Shown in pieces: positions 39,214 through 49,525 of a DNA stretch of 64,000 nt (within the stretch, counting starts at the first letter, position 1; each line of letters starts with the position of its first letter). Under the pieces are notes generated by a model. That model saw nothing but the letters and a program-made list of their open reading frames with translations, was not told the DNA's origin and made no database searches. The stretch comes from a virus (lineage: Duplodnaviria > Caudoviricetes), in IMG/VR virus record IMGVR_UViG_3300008108_003798. One strand, 5' to 3'. The position numbers and the translations under genes were made by a program.

Positions 39214-41298
39214 TTAGACTACACCGCCAGCATCAATACTGGTAATTCCGCCATAATTACTGTCAGGTTCGCCGCCATCTAGATTTCCAAATGACGCACC
39301 AGTTCCGGACGCAGTACTAGATATAACCAATGCTTTAGGATTACTGCTGGTATCAGTTGTAAGAACAATATTATTGCCTGCAACAATTTCTAAAGTATCT
39401 AAACCTATAGCAATTAAATCTTCTTCACCATCTACTTTGATAGTTTTGAAGGTGCTGTTCATACCTATTTTAACTGAGCCTGATCCTAGATCTGTTACAT
39501 CAAACCCGCTATCAGTGTCAAAGCGTATAGCCTCGACATTGAGGACAGTAATCTCTCCTATGTTGTTGTCGCTGTCAATCGTACCTACTGTTACAGTAGC
39601 ACCACTACCAGCATCACCTTTGCTACCTACAAAGCCAGTATTACCAGGTATGCCTTGACTTCCTACAAAGCCAGTATCACCTTTGCTTCCGGTATAGCCT
39701 ATTTCTCCATAACTACCTGTATATCCAGTAGAGCCAGTGTAGCCGACACTTCCAGTGAATCCAGTATCACCAAGGCTACCTGTATACCCAATTTCGCCTC
39801 GACTTCCTACGAAGCCAACACTGCCAGTGAATCCAGTATCACCAAGGCTACCAGTGAATCCTATGTCTCCCTGCGATCCAGTATAACCAACGTCACCTCG
39901 ACTACCGGTGTATCCTTGAATTCCTCTACTGCCGGTGTATCCTAATATTCGACCAACATTATTCCAGAGTTCTCCGTCATATACCCATAGGTTGCCACTG
40001 GCCTGATCAATAACACCATTACTGATTTGTGCATTAGGAAATGCAGAGTTTATTATATCTTGAGCGCTGCCTGCACTGGTATTTGCTACGCTCCCTATGA
40101 TAGAAACACTTTTACCGTCAGCACCAGTATCGCCTTTACTACCAGTGAATCCAACGTCACCTTGACTACCGGTATATCCTTGACTGCCAACAAAGCCATT
40201 ACTACCTGTAAAGCCTTGTGAGCCAACAAATCCTATATCTCCTTTGCTTCCAGTATAGCCTATTTCTCCATAACTACCTGTATATCCAGTAGAGCCAGTG
40301 TAACCTATATCACCAATAGAACCAGTGTAACCCATGTCACCTTGACTGCCAGTAAAACCTACTGAACCAGTATAACCCGTGTCACCCTGTGAACCAGTAA
40401 ATCCTTTACTACCTACAAAGCCAGTATCACCTTTGCTACCAGTATAACCAATATCGCCTTGACTTCCAGTGTAGCCAATATCACCTTGACTTCCAGTATA
40501 ACCAATATCGCCTTGACTGCCAGTGTAGCCAGTATCACCTTGACTGCCAGTATAACCAATATCGCCTTGACTACCTGCAAAGCCAACATCACCTCTGCTA
40601 CCCACAAAGCCAGTATCGCCTTGACTTCCGGTATAACCAATATCACCTTGACTTCCAGTATAACCAATATCACCTCGACTACCTACAAAGCCAGTATCAC
40701 CTTTGCTACCAGTATAACCAATCAACCCCTGGCTACCAGTGTATCCAATAGAACCAGTGTAACCTAGGTCACCTTGACTGCCAGTGAATCCTGTGTCACC
40801 TCGTGATCCAACGAAACCTCTACTGCCTGTGTATCCTTGTGGACCTCTAATTGGTCCTACGTTTTCCCATTCAGACCCTTTCCACACATGCAATTCACTG
40901 GCAATTAAATAACTATCGCCTATAGTTGCTGTTTGTGGAAGTTGATTAACATTATTAAAACTGCCTAGAATATTAATGTTTGAGCCACTACCAACACCAT
41001 CGTTGTCTATGCCTATCACACTGATTTTAATAGTGCCGCTGGGCAAAACTTCTAATGCAAAATTGTCTGTGTCAAAAGCAAGAGTTCCGGTGAATACACT
41101 GTTATCGACTGTGCCTGCTGTGTAATTTTGTACTCTTAAAGAATTTAGCAGGTTACCGCCAGGTGTAACGCCGTCAGAAATTACTATTACTCGTAGATCA
41201 GAACTGTAAAATAACTCTCCTTGGTCGCCAAGAAAAGTTTCTATTTCGGCAGTAGGTTTATAACCGGAAGTGATTTTGAAAAGGCCCGGTAAGGACAT
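39214..41298 (-). CDS. collagen-like (Gly-X-Y) fibre protein
   Basis: Long G[FY][TV]GS[QKR]GD repeats; C-terminal LDGGEP..IDAGG. Confidence 0.8.
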   Translation of the reverse strand: MSLPGLFKITSGYKPTAEIETFLGDQGELFYSSDLRVIVISDGVTPGGNLLNSLRVQNYTAGTVDNSVFTGTLAFDTDNFALEVLPSGTIKISVIGIDNDGVGSGSNINILGSFNNVNQLPQTATIGDSYLIASELHVWKGSEWENVGPIRGPQGYTGSRGFVGSRGDTGFTGSQGDLGYTGSIGYTGSQGLIGYTGSKGDTGFVGSRGDIGYTGSQGDIGYTGSQGDTGFVGSRGDVGFAGSQGDIGYTGSQGDTGYTGSQGDIGYTGSQGDIGYTGSQGDIGYTGSKGDTGFVGSKGFTGSQGDTGYTGSVGFTGSQGDMGYTGSIGDIGYTGSTGYTGSYGEIGYTGSKGDIGFVGSQGFTGSNGFVGSQGYTGSQGDVGFTGSKGDTGADGKSVSIIGSVANTSAGSAQDIINSAFPNAQISNGVIDQASGNLWVYDGELWNNVGRILGYTGSRGIQGYTGSRGDVGYTGSQGDIGFTGSLGDTGFTGSVGFVGSRGEIGYTGSLGDTGFTGSVGYTGSTGYTGSYGEIGYTGSKGDTGFVGSQGIPGNTGFVGSKGDAGSGATVTVGTIDSDNNIGEITVLNVEAIRFDTDSGFDVTDLGSGSVKIGMNSTFKTIKVDGEEDLIAIGLDTLEIVAGNNIVLTTDTSSNPKALVISSTASGTGASFGNLDGGEPDSNYGGITSIDAGGVV

Positions 41299-41326
41299 TA
41301 GATCCCTCGCTAAATTAATATAGTAT

Positions 41327-41620
41327 TTAGCGTGTTAATCCGGCTAGAGTTCTTAAGTTTTTGATGTTGTCCGGTTGATCTGTGTCGTCTTCTGCACCAA
41401 CGTCTTCGTCGTCGATCATTTTATCTATAACTGGAGAATTTTTACCTAGTTCGGCTTTTTTTAGTTCTAATTCTTGTTGCTGCGGTGAGATCATAACTGG
41501 ATTTTGGTCCAACTCATCGTCATCATCGCTAGCATCTTTGCCAGCAACGTTTACTCGTGGTTTAACACCATCTAGGTCGATTGTGATTGGAATGTTTATT
41601 GTGATCTCATCCATACGCAT
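41327..41620 (-). CDS. acidic hypothetical protein
   Basis: MRMDEI leader; LRTLAGL terminal motif. Confidence 0.65.
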   Translation of the reverse strand: MRMDEITINIPITIDLDGVKPRVNVAGKDASDDDDELDQNPVMISPQQQELELKKAELGKNSPVIDKMIDDEDVGAEDDTDQPDNIKNLRTLAGLTR

Positions 41621-41628
41621 ATTATTAT

Positions 41629-42957
41629 TTATCTCTGTTCAATCCAAGTCATTGCGGCTAGAGCGTCTTTGTTAGTATTAGGGCAAGCCATAGCCAGCGT
41701 CAGTGTATCACTAACTGTTCCCATACTGCCACGGCCGAGTTGATATTCTGTGCTTTGATCCAACCTAATACCAGTGCCGCCGCCGCCTGCAATAACGAAT
41801 CCACTGTCAATATCTATGCCGCCGGTATAACTAGTAGCACTGACATCATACTGTGTGAATGCGTTGGCGTCAGGCATGTTTACAAAGTTAGCACCAGTTA
41901 GTGTAGCATTACGAACCAGTTTATAAAACACTGATGTGTTGTCTACGGTGGCCGCTTGGAAGAATGTGGGCAATACAATACCTTTGAGTGCAGAACTTTT
42001 TAATCTAATGCTGAGTATAGGATAGAAGGTGTTGGAACTGGCCATGGTCCTACCAGTAATAGGACTGGTAATGTTCTGTGCAATACCCATTTTAGTTGGG
42101 GTACCTTCTGATATAAGACTGTTGGATCCTTGATAGAGATAGTGTGTGCCTGCCACCCCTGTGAGATTTTCAATCTCTAATCTGATAGGCAGGAAAGGCG
42201 TTGAACTCCATGGTACAGTGGATATGTTTCCGTGATTAAAGGTGTGTATTATGTGTGTAGATCCGTTGATCACAAAACCTACAACAACCTGTCCAGCACC
42301 ATACCACTCGTAATCAAAACTCACCATCTGTACTTTGGTGGGGTCAGCAGTGATACCATCTACTCCTAACCCATCTAATTTATCGCCGTTCCATTGACTG
42401 CGAGGAATACGATTTTCAACCAAACTGCCCGATGTGCTGGTGCGTACCACCACGTTGTATTCAGGCAATCCGTCGTTGCCGATTACTCCTGCATCTTCAA
42501 AGTAAAAGCCGTTGTTATCATCATATAGCCCAAAGCGTCTACGTATACCTACGACTGGTGTTTGTAATCTAACTGCATAGGTCAGTGTGCTACTTCGTCC
42601 TGGAATGTATCGCATCACATTGCGAGTCTGTCGAATAACCTTTGCTCCTTGTGTGCTGTCCACTGCCATGTCTATCCAGTTGGTATTACTATTCCAAGTG
42701 GCAGATCCGCCCGAGGCAGTGCTTTCATCCCAAACATCTGTCTCTTTACCGTATTGGAATGTGTTGAAGAAGTCAGTGGTGTAGTTGGATACCTTCATAC
42801 GATTCTTGCTGGTGTAACCTGCTTGGCTGTCTATGGTCCTCAGGGTTGGTCTACCTTCAGTATCATACTGCATACTCATAGTTAGATCGTTGGTGTTGGG
42901 TTCGTAACTGTGAATGTAGTTTGTGCTGTTGGGATTTAAATTAGGCATTAGGTCCAA
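41629..42957 (-). CDS. conserved phage structural-region protein
   Basis: NRMKVS..FFNTFQYGKETDVWDE..YIPGRS..RRRFGLYD motifs. Confidence 0.65.
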   Translation of the reverse strand: MDLMPNLNPNSTNYIHSYEPNTNDLTMSMQYDTEGRPTLRTIDSQAGYTSKNRMKVSNYTTDFFNTFQYGKETDVWDESTASGGSATWNSNTNWIDMAVDSTQGAKVIRQTRNVMRYIPGRSSTLTYAVRLQTPVVGIRRRFGLYDDNNGFYFEDAGVIGNDGLPEYNVVVRTSTSGSLVENRIPRSQWNGDKLDGLGVDGITADPTKVQMVSFDYEWYGAGQVVVGFVINGSTHIIHTFNHGNISTVPWSSTPFLPIRLEIENLTGVAGTHYLYQGSNSLISEGTPTKMGIAQNITSPITGRTMASSNTFYPILSIRLKSSALKGIVLPTFFQAATVDNTSVFYKLVRNATLTGANFVNMPDANAFTQYDVSATSYTGGIDIDSGFVIAGGGGTGIRLDQSTEYQLGRGSMGTVSDTLTLAMACPNTNKDALAAMTWIEQR

Positions 42958-43364
42958 GGTCTCCCTAGAACTAATCCACCTACGTTAGGGTTGTCAACTA
43001 TATTGTTACCTGAATATCGTGTAGGCAGTTGTGTAATATCATAAGTATCTGATCTTTTTAATGCTGCAATGTCTAGTTTCTGTAGCTGTCTTGATTCTCT
43101 GCTACCAGTTTGATTAGGTGTGCAAAGTATAGTATCCCCATCAACAATTCCTAAGTCAGCTACACTAGTGGTACTATCTCCATATACAATACTTAATGTA
43201 TCACTTGGATTGCCGAGTTTGCTGATTGTATAATAGTTGGTGTCTAATCCTTCATCTGCGGCTATTGCAATGATAAGGTCGTCTATGGTTGTGGTATCAT
43301 CAAACCCTGTGATACTGCCATATGCTCCTGTAAGTCCTTTGTAGGTTAGGTCAATGCTGGCCAT
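42948..43364 (-). CDS. protein with an N-terminal ubiquitin-like (beta-grasp) domain
   Basis: KGLTG...TTIDDLIIAIAADEGL...SVADLGIVDGDTILC aligns by eye with ubiquitin KTLTG..DTIENVKAKIQDKEGI..TLSDYNIQKESTLHL. Confidence 0.5.
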   Translation of the reverse strand: MASIDLTYKGLTGAYGSITGFDDTTTIDDLIIAIAADEGLDTNYYTISKLGNPSDTLSIVYGDSTTSVADLGIVDGDTILCTPNQTGSRESRQLQKLDIAALKRSDTYDITQLPTRYSGNNIVDNPNVGGLVLGRPWT

Positions 43365-43666
43365 TATTCATACCCTCTCGGATCTTTGACTCTTATATCT
43401 TTAGGATGCTTGATTCCGTTTGGTCCACCACCAACATCAGTTGTAACGCTGGCTACATCTGTAACTGTTTCATTTGGTGTATTGCTATATTCTGTAGGGG
43501 CATTTCTATTTGCCAGCACCTGATGTATCTGTCGAAATCTAGATACCAACTCTCCGTCTGCGTTGGGTGTAGGCAACAGTTCAGGTGAAGACTGCGTATG
43601 ACCCCGACCACCGTCTACTTGATCAATCAAATCCAATACACTTCTAATTATGTCTGTTGCTCTCAT
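43364..43666 (-). CDS. hypothetical protein
   Basis: MRATDII leader; YSNTPNE motif. Confidence 0.7.
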   Translation of the reverse strand: MRATDIIRSVLDLIDQVDGGRGHTQSSPELLPTPNADGELVSRFRQIHQVLANRNAPTEYSNTPNETVTDVASVTTDVGGGPNGIKHPKDIRVKDPRGYE

Positions 43667-43896
43667 TGTATACCGCCTAGTCGCTTGATAGTGTCTAATT
43701 CGTCTGACTGTTTGTTCTTGTTCATGTAAGCGAGAATGTTTTCGTAGTCGTCCATGGTTACCACACGGTCTTGGCTAATACGTGTGACTATTTCAGTAAC
43801 AAAATGCAAACTTACATCGTCTTTGATATCTTCACGTGCTAGTTCCATTAAACGCAAGAACAGGGCTACATTCAAACGTATGACATCATCTTCCAT
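43663..43896 (-). CDS. hypothetical protein
   Basis: ORF track. Confidence 0.7.
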   Translation of the reverse strand: MEDDVIRLNVALFLRLMELAREDIKDDVSLHFVTEIVTRISQDRVVTMDDYENILAYMNKNKQSDELDTIKRLGGIQ

Positions 43897-44064
43897 AACA
43901 ATTCTCCTATACTTTATTTATGGTTAAATACTGCATGTGGAAACGTATTGTAAATTTTTGGAACGAATGGGCAGAAACCTACAATGATCTGTTCAGTGGA
44001 AATTTGATTTATTTAAATTCCTATGATGGCAACATCGTTTGGGTTCTTGACATGGAAGAAGACA

Positions 44065-45267
44065 GTGATCAATCTAGATCCGTTCAATCAGAAAATCAAT
44101 GAACTAAAAAGCCAAGGCAAGTATCGCGTGTTCAACTCCATAGTTAGAGAACGCGGTAAGTTTCCACGATCAATTTGGTATGGTCCTTATGCTATCAAAG
44201 AAATAGTCAATTGGTGTAGCAATGACTATCTAGGCATGGGCCAACATCGCGTTGTAACAGACGCAATGCATACTGCACTTGATCAAACAGGTGCAGGATC
44301 CGGCGGTACTAGAAACATATCCGGTACCAGTTCGTATCATATAGCACTAGAACGTGAACTCGCCACACTGCATAGCAAAAGCGGGGCATTGTTGTTTTCT
44401 AGTGCCTATGTCGCAAATGAATGGAGTCTGGTTGCTCTAAGCCAAATCGTTCCCGACATTGTGTTTTTGAGTGATAGCAAAAATCACGCAAGCCTCATAC
44501 AAGGTATCCGACACAGTGGTGCAGCCAAAGTGATTTGGCAACACAACGATATGAGTGACCTTGCTGCTAAACTGGCCCAGGTCGTCGCACAAAACCAAAC
44601 CCCCTGCATAGTGTTTGAGTCTGTGTATAGCATGGACGGTGATGTAAGCCCAATAGCAGACATTTGCGATCTCGCCCAGCGTTACGGTGCAATTACCTAT
44701 ATTGATGAAGTCCATGCTGTGGGATTGTATGGCCAGCATGGAGCAGGGTACCTGGAACACCTAGGTCTTCAAGATCGAGTAGATATTGTCAACGGAACGC
44801 TGGGCAAAGCATTTGGTGTATCAGGTGGATACATAGCAGCCGATTCAGTGGTCATAGACGCTGTTCGACTGTTGGCCAGTGGATTTATTTTCACCACCAG
44901 CATATCCCCTGTCATTTGCGCTGGTGCGTTGGCCAGCGTTAAATGGTTAAAGGTTCACAACGAAATTCGCATCCAACATCAGGCGCAAGCACTGAAGTTT
45001 AAAAACAGTTTGCTTGACGTGGGTGTAGAAGTTTATGATAAAGCCTGTACCCATATCGTGCCCGTAATGATTAAAAATGCTGAACGTTGTAAACAGTTGT
45101 CCGATAGGCTATTAGATGAATACGGGATCTATGTACAATCTATCGGATACCCAACTGTGGCAGTAGGCGCAGAACGATTGCGTTTTGCTCCTACTCCATT
45201 GCATACCGACGGTATGATAGAAGATTGCGTCCATGCAGTCAGAAAGGTCATTGATGAAATTAAGTAA
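44065..45267 (+). CDS. hemA: 5-aminolevulinate synthase (Shemin pathway)
   Basis: [66 protein letters not shown]. Confidence 0.93.
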   Translation: MINLDPFNQKINELKSQGKYRVFNSIVRERGKFPRSIWYGPYAIKEIVNWCSNDYLGMGQHRVVTDAMHTALDQTGAGSGGTRNISGTSSYHIALERELATLHSKSGALLFSSAYVANEWSLVALSQIVPDIVFLSDSKNHASLIQGIRHSGAAKVIWQHNDMSDLAAKLAQVVAQNQTPCIVFESVYSMDGDVSPIADICDLAQRYGAITYIDEVHAVGLYGQHGAGYLEHLGLQDRVDIVNGTLGKAFGVSGGYIAADSVVIDAVRLLASGFIFTTSISPVICAGALASVKWLKVHNEIRIQHQAQALKFKNSLLDVGVEVYDKACTHIVPVMIKNAERCKQLSDRLLDEYGIYVQSIGYPTVAVGAERLRFAPTPLHTDGMIEDCVHAVRKVIDEIK

Positions 45268-45670
45268 AGCACTGTGGTTTGCCACTGGCATACTCTCCAT
45301 AGGAGTTGCATTTATAGGAGTTGTGGTTCCGGGTATTCCGTGGAGCACACCCACTGTGATTGCTGCCTACTGTTTTGCTAAAAGTTCGGATCGTATGCAC
45401 AATTGGCTGCACAATCATCCACGCTTTGGACCATTCCTACGTGGGTGGAGTGAAAAACGCATATTCCCTAGACGACTAAAATACCTCATGCTGGTAACCA
45501 TGAGCACCAGTTTGTTGATCACAGGGCTGCTAACCGGCAACTTGAATGCTGTGCTGTGGACCGGAGGCTTTATGGCCTTTGTAGCCGGCTGGGCTTGGAG
45601 ATATCCAGATTCAGAAGAGGAATACCAACGCCGTGTAGACGCTGGCGAACCCATTGCTTGGTTGCGTTAA
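45254..45670 (+). CDS. ybaN: YbaN/DUF454 inner-membrane protein
   Basis: [40 protein letters not shown]. Confidence 0.85.
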   Translation: MKLSKALWFATGILSIGVAFIGVVVPGIPWSTPTVIAAYCFAKSSDRMHNWLHNHPRFGPFLRGWSEKRIFPRRLKYLMLVTMSTSLLITGLLTGNLNAVLWTGGFMAFVAGWAWRYPDSEEEYQRRVDAGEPIAWLR

Positions 45671-46197
45671 GCAATCACGTCGTCGAGACCCAACCACTGA
45701 TACCAACTGTCGTGCTTGACATCAAACGGCATCTGCTTGCGCTTGCGAACCAATTCATAGTAGCCCGGCTGATAAGGCTTGTAATGTGGCTTCATACGGC
45801 TGAAGTTGGCTTTGCGACTGTTGCAAGGAGCACAGGCTGTGATGATGTTGTCCCAACGAGTCTTACCACCTTTTGACAGTGGAATCACGTGGTCCATGGT
45901 AGCAGTCTTGTTGCTCACACGAGTGCTGCAATATTGGCAAGTGTAGAGGTCACGTAGATACACGTTGCTCTTGGAGAAGCGTGGTGTTGTGTTTCTACGT
46001 AGGTAATCACGTAGCATGATTACTGCTGGGACACGGGTTTCCCAACGGGCCGAATGCACAACCCAATCATCGTACCATTCCAATACGTCACACTTGTCGT
46101 GGTACATATATAGAATTGCTTCTTTCCAGCTTACCGCACTTAGCGGCACTAAACTAACTGGCTGGCCGTCTGCGTTAATAAGCAATGTGTCTGACAT
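45667..46197 (-). CDS. HNH endonuclease
   Basis: LINADGQP; RDLYTCQYC..TMDHVIPLSKGG..WDNIITACAPCN. Confidence 0.9.
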   Translation of the reverse strand: MSDTLLINADGQPVSLVPLSAVSWKEAILYMYHDKCDVLEWYDDWVVHSARWETRVPAVIMLRDYLRRNTTPRFSKSNVYLRDLYTCQYCSTRVSNKTATMDHVIPLSKGGKTRWDNIITACAPCNSRKANFSRMKPHYKPYQPGYYELVRKRKQMPFDVKHDSWYQWLGLDDVIA

Positions 46198-46214
46198 GAT
46201 TTTCTTCTTTCTAG

Positions 46215-46559
46215 TTACTGTGGTTCAAAGTTTATACCTGTTAATATTTCACATGCTACACCATCTGGGTACAGCATAGCCACGGAAACCGTTCCGGTCT
46301 CTTGATTTGATAATACAGTGAGAACACCTATTGCGTCAACTACTTTTTGTTCATCTAAGATAAAACTATAGCCTTGACTGAAAAACAATGGCGTCTCACC
46401 GTAGACTGCTTTTCTTTCTGCAAGATATGCTGTGCCGCTGGGACTGCACACCCCATACATGGTAACCGGCATCAATGTGCTGTCCAGTTCTGGTTCTGCT
46501 GTTTGTGCCAACACCGCTCCTGGAAGAAACACTGCTAGTACTGCTGTTTTTATATTCAC
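46215..46559 (-). CDS. secreted hypothetical protein
   Basis: Signal peptide; terminal GVACEILTG. Confidence 0.65.
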   Translation of the reverse strand: MNIKTAVLAVFLPGAVLAQTAEPELDSTLMPVTMYGVCSPSGTAYLAERKAVYGETPLFFSQGYSFILDEQKVVDAIGVLTVLSNQETGTVSVAMLYPDGVACEILTGINFEPQ

Positions 46560-46568
46560 TGCCTTCTC

Positions 46569-47096
46569 CTAAAAATAACGTGCAATGGTTTGACTGGCCA
46601 CCGATTCTATTGCTGCTGTCCACTGCGGTTCACCTGACAGTGAAAACACTATATCAGGATCAAGATTCGCCACCAACCAAGCACCACGGGCAATTTCCAT
46701 ATCCAACTGTCCTGGAGCCCAAACCGAAGCCCCCACAGTCAATCTAAAGTACACAGGATCCACACCTCCGGCCAACTTCTCCAACATGATTTCGTCGGAA
46801 CTGACATTCAACCCTGTGCCGGTGTGCAGAGTATTGGAACTGGCAAACTCTTCGGAATGCAACATCATCACAGCCGAAGTGTTCACAGGACCACCTGCAT
46901 AGATAGCATGAGCAGTTACTGAAGCACCAAATCCACGTTCCTGTGCAAGATGTGCAAATGTGATCTCAGTTGGACGAGTTAGAGCAACACCGGCTGTACC
47001 TTTAGAGTTTTCTTCGTAGATGAATACTGTGCTCTTACTAAAAAATCCTAAGTTTACAGTGGGTCTAGCAATTAAAAATTTACCGACCCTGCTCAT
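46569..47096 (-). CDS. YqgE/AlgH (DUF179) family protein
   Basis: GKFLIA, GTAGVAL, YAGGPV, GASVWAPGQLDMEI, W motifs. Confidence 0.85.
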   Translation of the reverse strand: MSRVGKFLIARPTVNLGFFSKSTVFIYEENSKGTAGVALTRPTEITFAHLAQERGFGASVTAHAIYAGGPVNTSAVMMLHSEEFASSNTLHTGTGLNVSSDEIMLEKLAGGVDPVYFRLTVGASVWAPGQLDMEIARGAWLVANLDPDIVFSLSGEPQWTAAIESVASQTIARYF

Positions 47097-47098
47097 GT

Positions 47099-47344
47099 CT
47101 AACTCCAGTCCGGGAGGGGTCCGCCATAGCGTCGGCCCTTGATCTTTCTACCTGAAATATTTTGACGCTTCTTACCAATGGTGTGCCGTACTTTACTGTC
47201 ACGACTGCGTAGGCCTTGACTCCTGCAACTGCTCAATGCACTGGCGCCAAGACTGCTGTCACTGCGAGGGCTGAGACACAGTTCACGGCTGGCCTTCCAC
47301 TCTTCAATATCATCTTCACGGGTTAATACTTCAAGTATTTTCAT
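47099..47344 (-). CDS. basic hypothetical protein
   Basis: MKILEVLTRE leader; YGGPLPDWS. Confidence 0.7.
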   Translation of the reverse strand: MKILEVLTREDDIEEWKASRELCLSPRSDSSLGASALSSCRSQGLRSRDSKVRHTIGKKRQNISGRKIKGRRYGGPLPDWS

Positions 47345-47354
47345 ACAGTATTTA

Positions 47355-47573
47355 TCATCTGTATCTGTCCGCAGGTGCCCCAGATTCGGACACTGATTCC
47401 TGTGGCAATCTAAAGGTCAAGGCCTTGCGTGGACCACGAGTTGTGTTCAGTGAGATCTCGCCGGTCTTCTCAAAATATTCAATCTTGGTAATGGTGGCTG
47501 GCTGAAGATTTGGGCCAACAAGAATAGTCTGCCCTAGTTCTAGGTCTAGGGTGATACGATTAAGTGTACTCAT
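47355..47573 (-). CDS. hypothetical protein
   Basis: Start MSTLNR with an RBS. Confidence 0.65.
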   Translation of the reverse strand: MSTLNRITLDLELGQTILVGPNLQPATITKIEYFEKTGEISLNTTRGPRKALTFRLPQESVSESGAPADRYR

Positions 47574-47599
47574 GGGAGATCTCCTTCTGTGGATATACA

Positions 47600-47611
47600 T
47601 ATTTATAAATA
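47600..47611. promoter_or_regulatory. palindromic bidirectional late promoter TATTTATAAATA
   Basis: Contains TATAAATA on both strands, between divergent genes. Confidence 0.6.
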
Positions 47612-47616
47612 CCGTT

Positions 47617-47940
47617 ATGCTGTTCATTAAAAATATTCCCATAAGTTCACCTCCATGGCGTGTGCAAAATATACGCAGAGGAATCATCTTTGACCAAGAC
47701 GATAGACACATAGCCACTGTGCCCAAAGCCGGTGAGATACCTTTCCCGGAACGCAGTGCAAACCTAGCCGTGATCTGTGCTGCACCAGAACTGCTGGCAG
47801 CACTGAGAGAAGCAGCCTATCACTTGGAAAACGCAGGCGTGCCACTGAATCAATCCTACTACGACTTGATCAATAGAGCCAGCGAGGGTGTTCCCCCACT
47901 GACGAGAAAACAACCCCAAGGCCCCGCTGTTAGTGGTTGA
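47617..47940 (+). CDS. hypothetical protein
   Basis: ANLAVICAAPELLAAL motif. Confidence 0.65.
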   Translation: MLFIKNIPISSPPWRVQNIRRGIIFDQDDRHIATVPKAGEIPFPERSANLAVICAAPELLAALREAAYHLENAGVPLNQSYYDLINRASEGVPPLTRKQPQGPAVSG

Positions 47941-47972
47941 CCAAACTGTGCCGCGGCGTATATAATCAGTGC

Positions 47973-48215
47973 ATGAACGATACTACCACACTGTCAATAC
48001 GCTTTCACACCCATGAACTGCACAGGGACAGCATAAAACAACACCTCAATCAACGTATAGGTAACCTCATAGATCCTAGAGACTTCCGTGTGGAGTATGA
48101 CTATAGCATGACCCGAAGTGAGGGACAGGAATACACCTGGAGACTGCACATACTCACCGCCATCAGCGAACACCGTGTGGATCTAATTCGGTTGGCCATC
48201 AGTGAATACCTATGA
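47973..48215 (+). CDS. hypothetical protein
   Basis: ORF track, start adjusted. Confidence 0.55.
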   Translation: MNDTTTLSIRFHTHELHRDSIKQHLNQRIGNLIDPRDFRVEYDYSMTRSEGQEYTWRLHILTAISEHRVDLIRLAISEYL

Positions 48216-48406
48216 AGTTCACGGAGGAACGAATTCTCAAAATCCGAGACAGTGGTTATAGTTGGGCAGAATATCACTGGGACTCAGGATCAGAACTATG
48301 GTGCTATCGCAGATGCAGCGAAGGCTTTTTCGCTCGCTATGACCTACCCAGTAGATTCACAGAAGCAGAACGATTGCTGTTCACAATCAAACTCAGCGAC
48401 CTATAA
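48212..48406 (+). CDS. hypothetical protein
   Basis: ORF track. Confidence 0.55.
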   Translation: MKFTEERILKIRDSGYSWAEYHWDSGSELWCYRRCSEGFFARYDLPSRFTEAERLLFTIKLSDL

Positions 48407-48579
48407 CTGATCGCCCACAATCTCCCAAGCCAACCCTGACTGCAACTCTGCTCTGCTGAACTGCGAATAACTGAGATGTGCCAGCCACGCAGTCAAGTGA
48501 TCCGGATCCACTGGCTGAAGATCTTCCACACTGTCCAGACCCTGACTGTACAAACTGGAGACTGCACTCTCACCTAGTG

Positions 48580-49113
48580 CTACCGTAGGTAATCCACGAA
48601 ACTGTTGTAAATCAATCTATCACAACGATGCGGCGGACGCTGTCTTATACGCACGGGTCTTGAACTGACCTGAGCAATACGACCAACAGTTTCTTCAATC
48701 CACGACGCTTGTGATCCTAAATCCCATCTATGACAGGCTTTCTCATCCGGCGGTACCAACACTATACTACTACCTTGTGGTATCGCTGTAGTATCCACAG
48801 TTAAACGCTGCAACCTATCTAGTGGTCTCGGTACTATACTGGTCAAGTTTTGATAACTGTTTTTGCTGAGTCTGAACAGGCTTTTGTGCTTGCCTGAGTC
48901 CCCGAAGTATGCACTGTCTGTGTTGTAAAATGATAACCCATGAGCAGCACAATGATCATGTAGACCACGCTTATAACCGCCAGACCAAGCACGATCATGT
49001 ACTGTATCCGCCAGCATGGTCCCCACATCAACAAACTCTCCACCGGAGCCGCGACAGAAGTCACTGACACCATAGTCATTGCCTGAACGATCTACACAGA
49101 TAAAATTAAACAT
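48580..49113 (-). CDS. hypothetical protein, possibly a glycosyltransferase/capsule-related fragment
   Basis: DSAYFG..IVLVPP..RPVRIRQRP. Confidence 0.45.
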   Translation of the reverse strand: MFNFICVDRSGNDYGVSDFCRGSGGEFVDVGTMLADTVHDRAWSGGYKRGLHDHCAAHGLSFYNTDSAYFGDSGKHKSLFRLSKNSYQNLTSIVPRPLDRLQRLTVDTTAIPQGSSIVLVPPDEKACHRWDLGSQASWIEETVGRIAQVSSRPVRIRQRPPHRCDRLIYNSFVDYLR

Positions 49114-49140
49114 GCAGATATTTATAATCTGGCCCCGCTG

Positions 49141-49434
49141 TTAACTGCCCAACAATGGATCATCCGCCCAACGTATAATACAATAGTCTAATAAACTTCT
49201 AGCATGAGCAGCCGAAATTCTAAACCATTCCCCGCGAGTTCTATACGGACCCAACTCAAAATGCACTTTACGCTCTAATAGACGAACACGCGATCGATCT
49301 ACCCGTACCGTATAATACACACGCAATGGCAGAGGATATCCTGTTTGTAAACTTCTACATCTACTCTCAGGATCCGTACTATAACCTATCTTAACCACAC
49401 TCTCAGAAACATCACACACTATATACAAAAACAT
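49141..49434 (-). CDS. GIY-YIG T5orf172/MUG113-like protein
   Basis: LYIV..VKIGYSTDPESRCRSLQTGYP..LERKVH..RGEWF. Confidence 0.85.
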   Translation of the reverse strand: MFLYIVCDVSESVVKIGYSTDPESRCRSLQTGYPLPLRVYYTVRVDRSRVRLLERKVHFELGPYRTRGEWFRISAAHARSLLDYCIIRWADDPLLGS

Positions 49435-49525
49435 AATAGTATATAGTAATTAAAAGGCCCCGCTGTTAGGTTCTGTAAACACACACTCTAAACTATACTG
49501 TTACAGCAAACCCATGGCCCCGCTG

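Noticed and set aside
35070-40767. Alternative-frame L/V-rich ORFs in the fibre genes
   Set aside because: Products of the 9/18-nt periodicity of the Gly-X-Y repeats.
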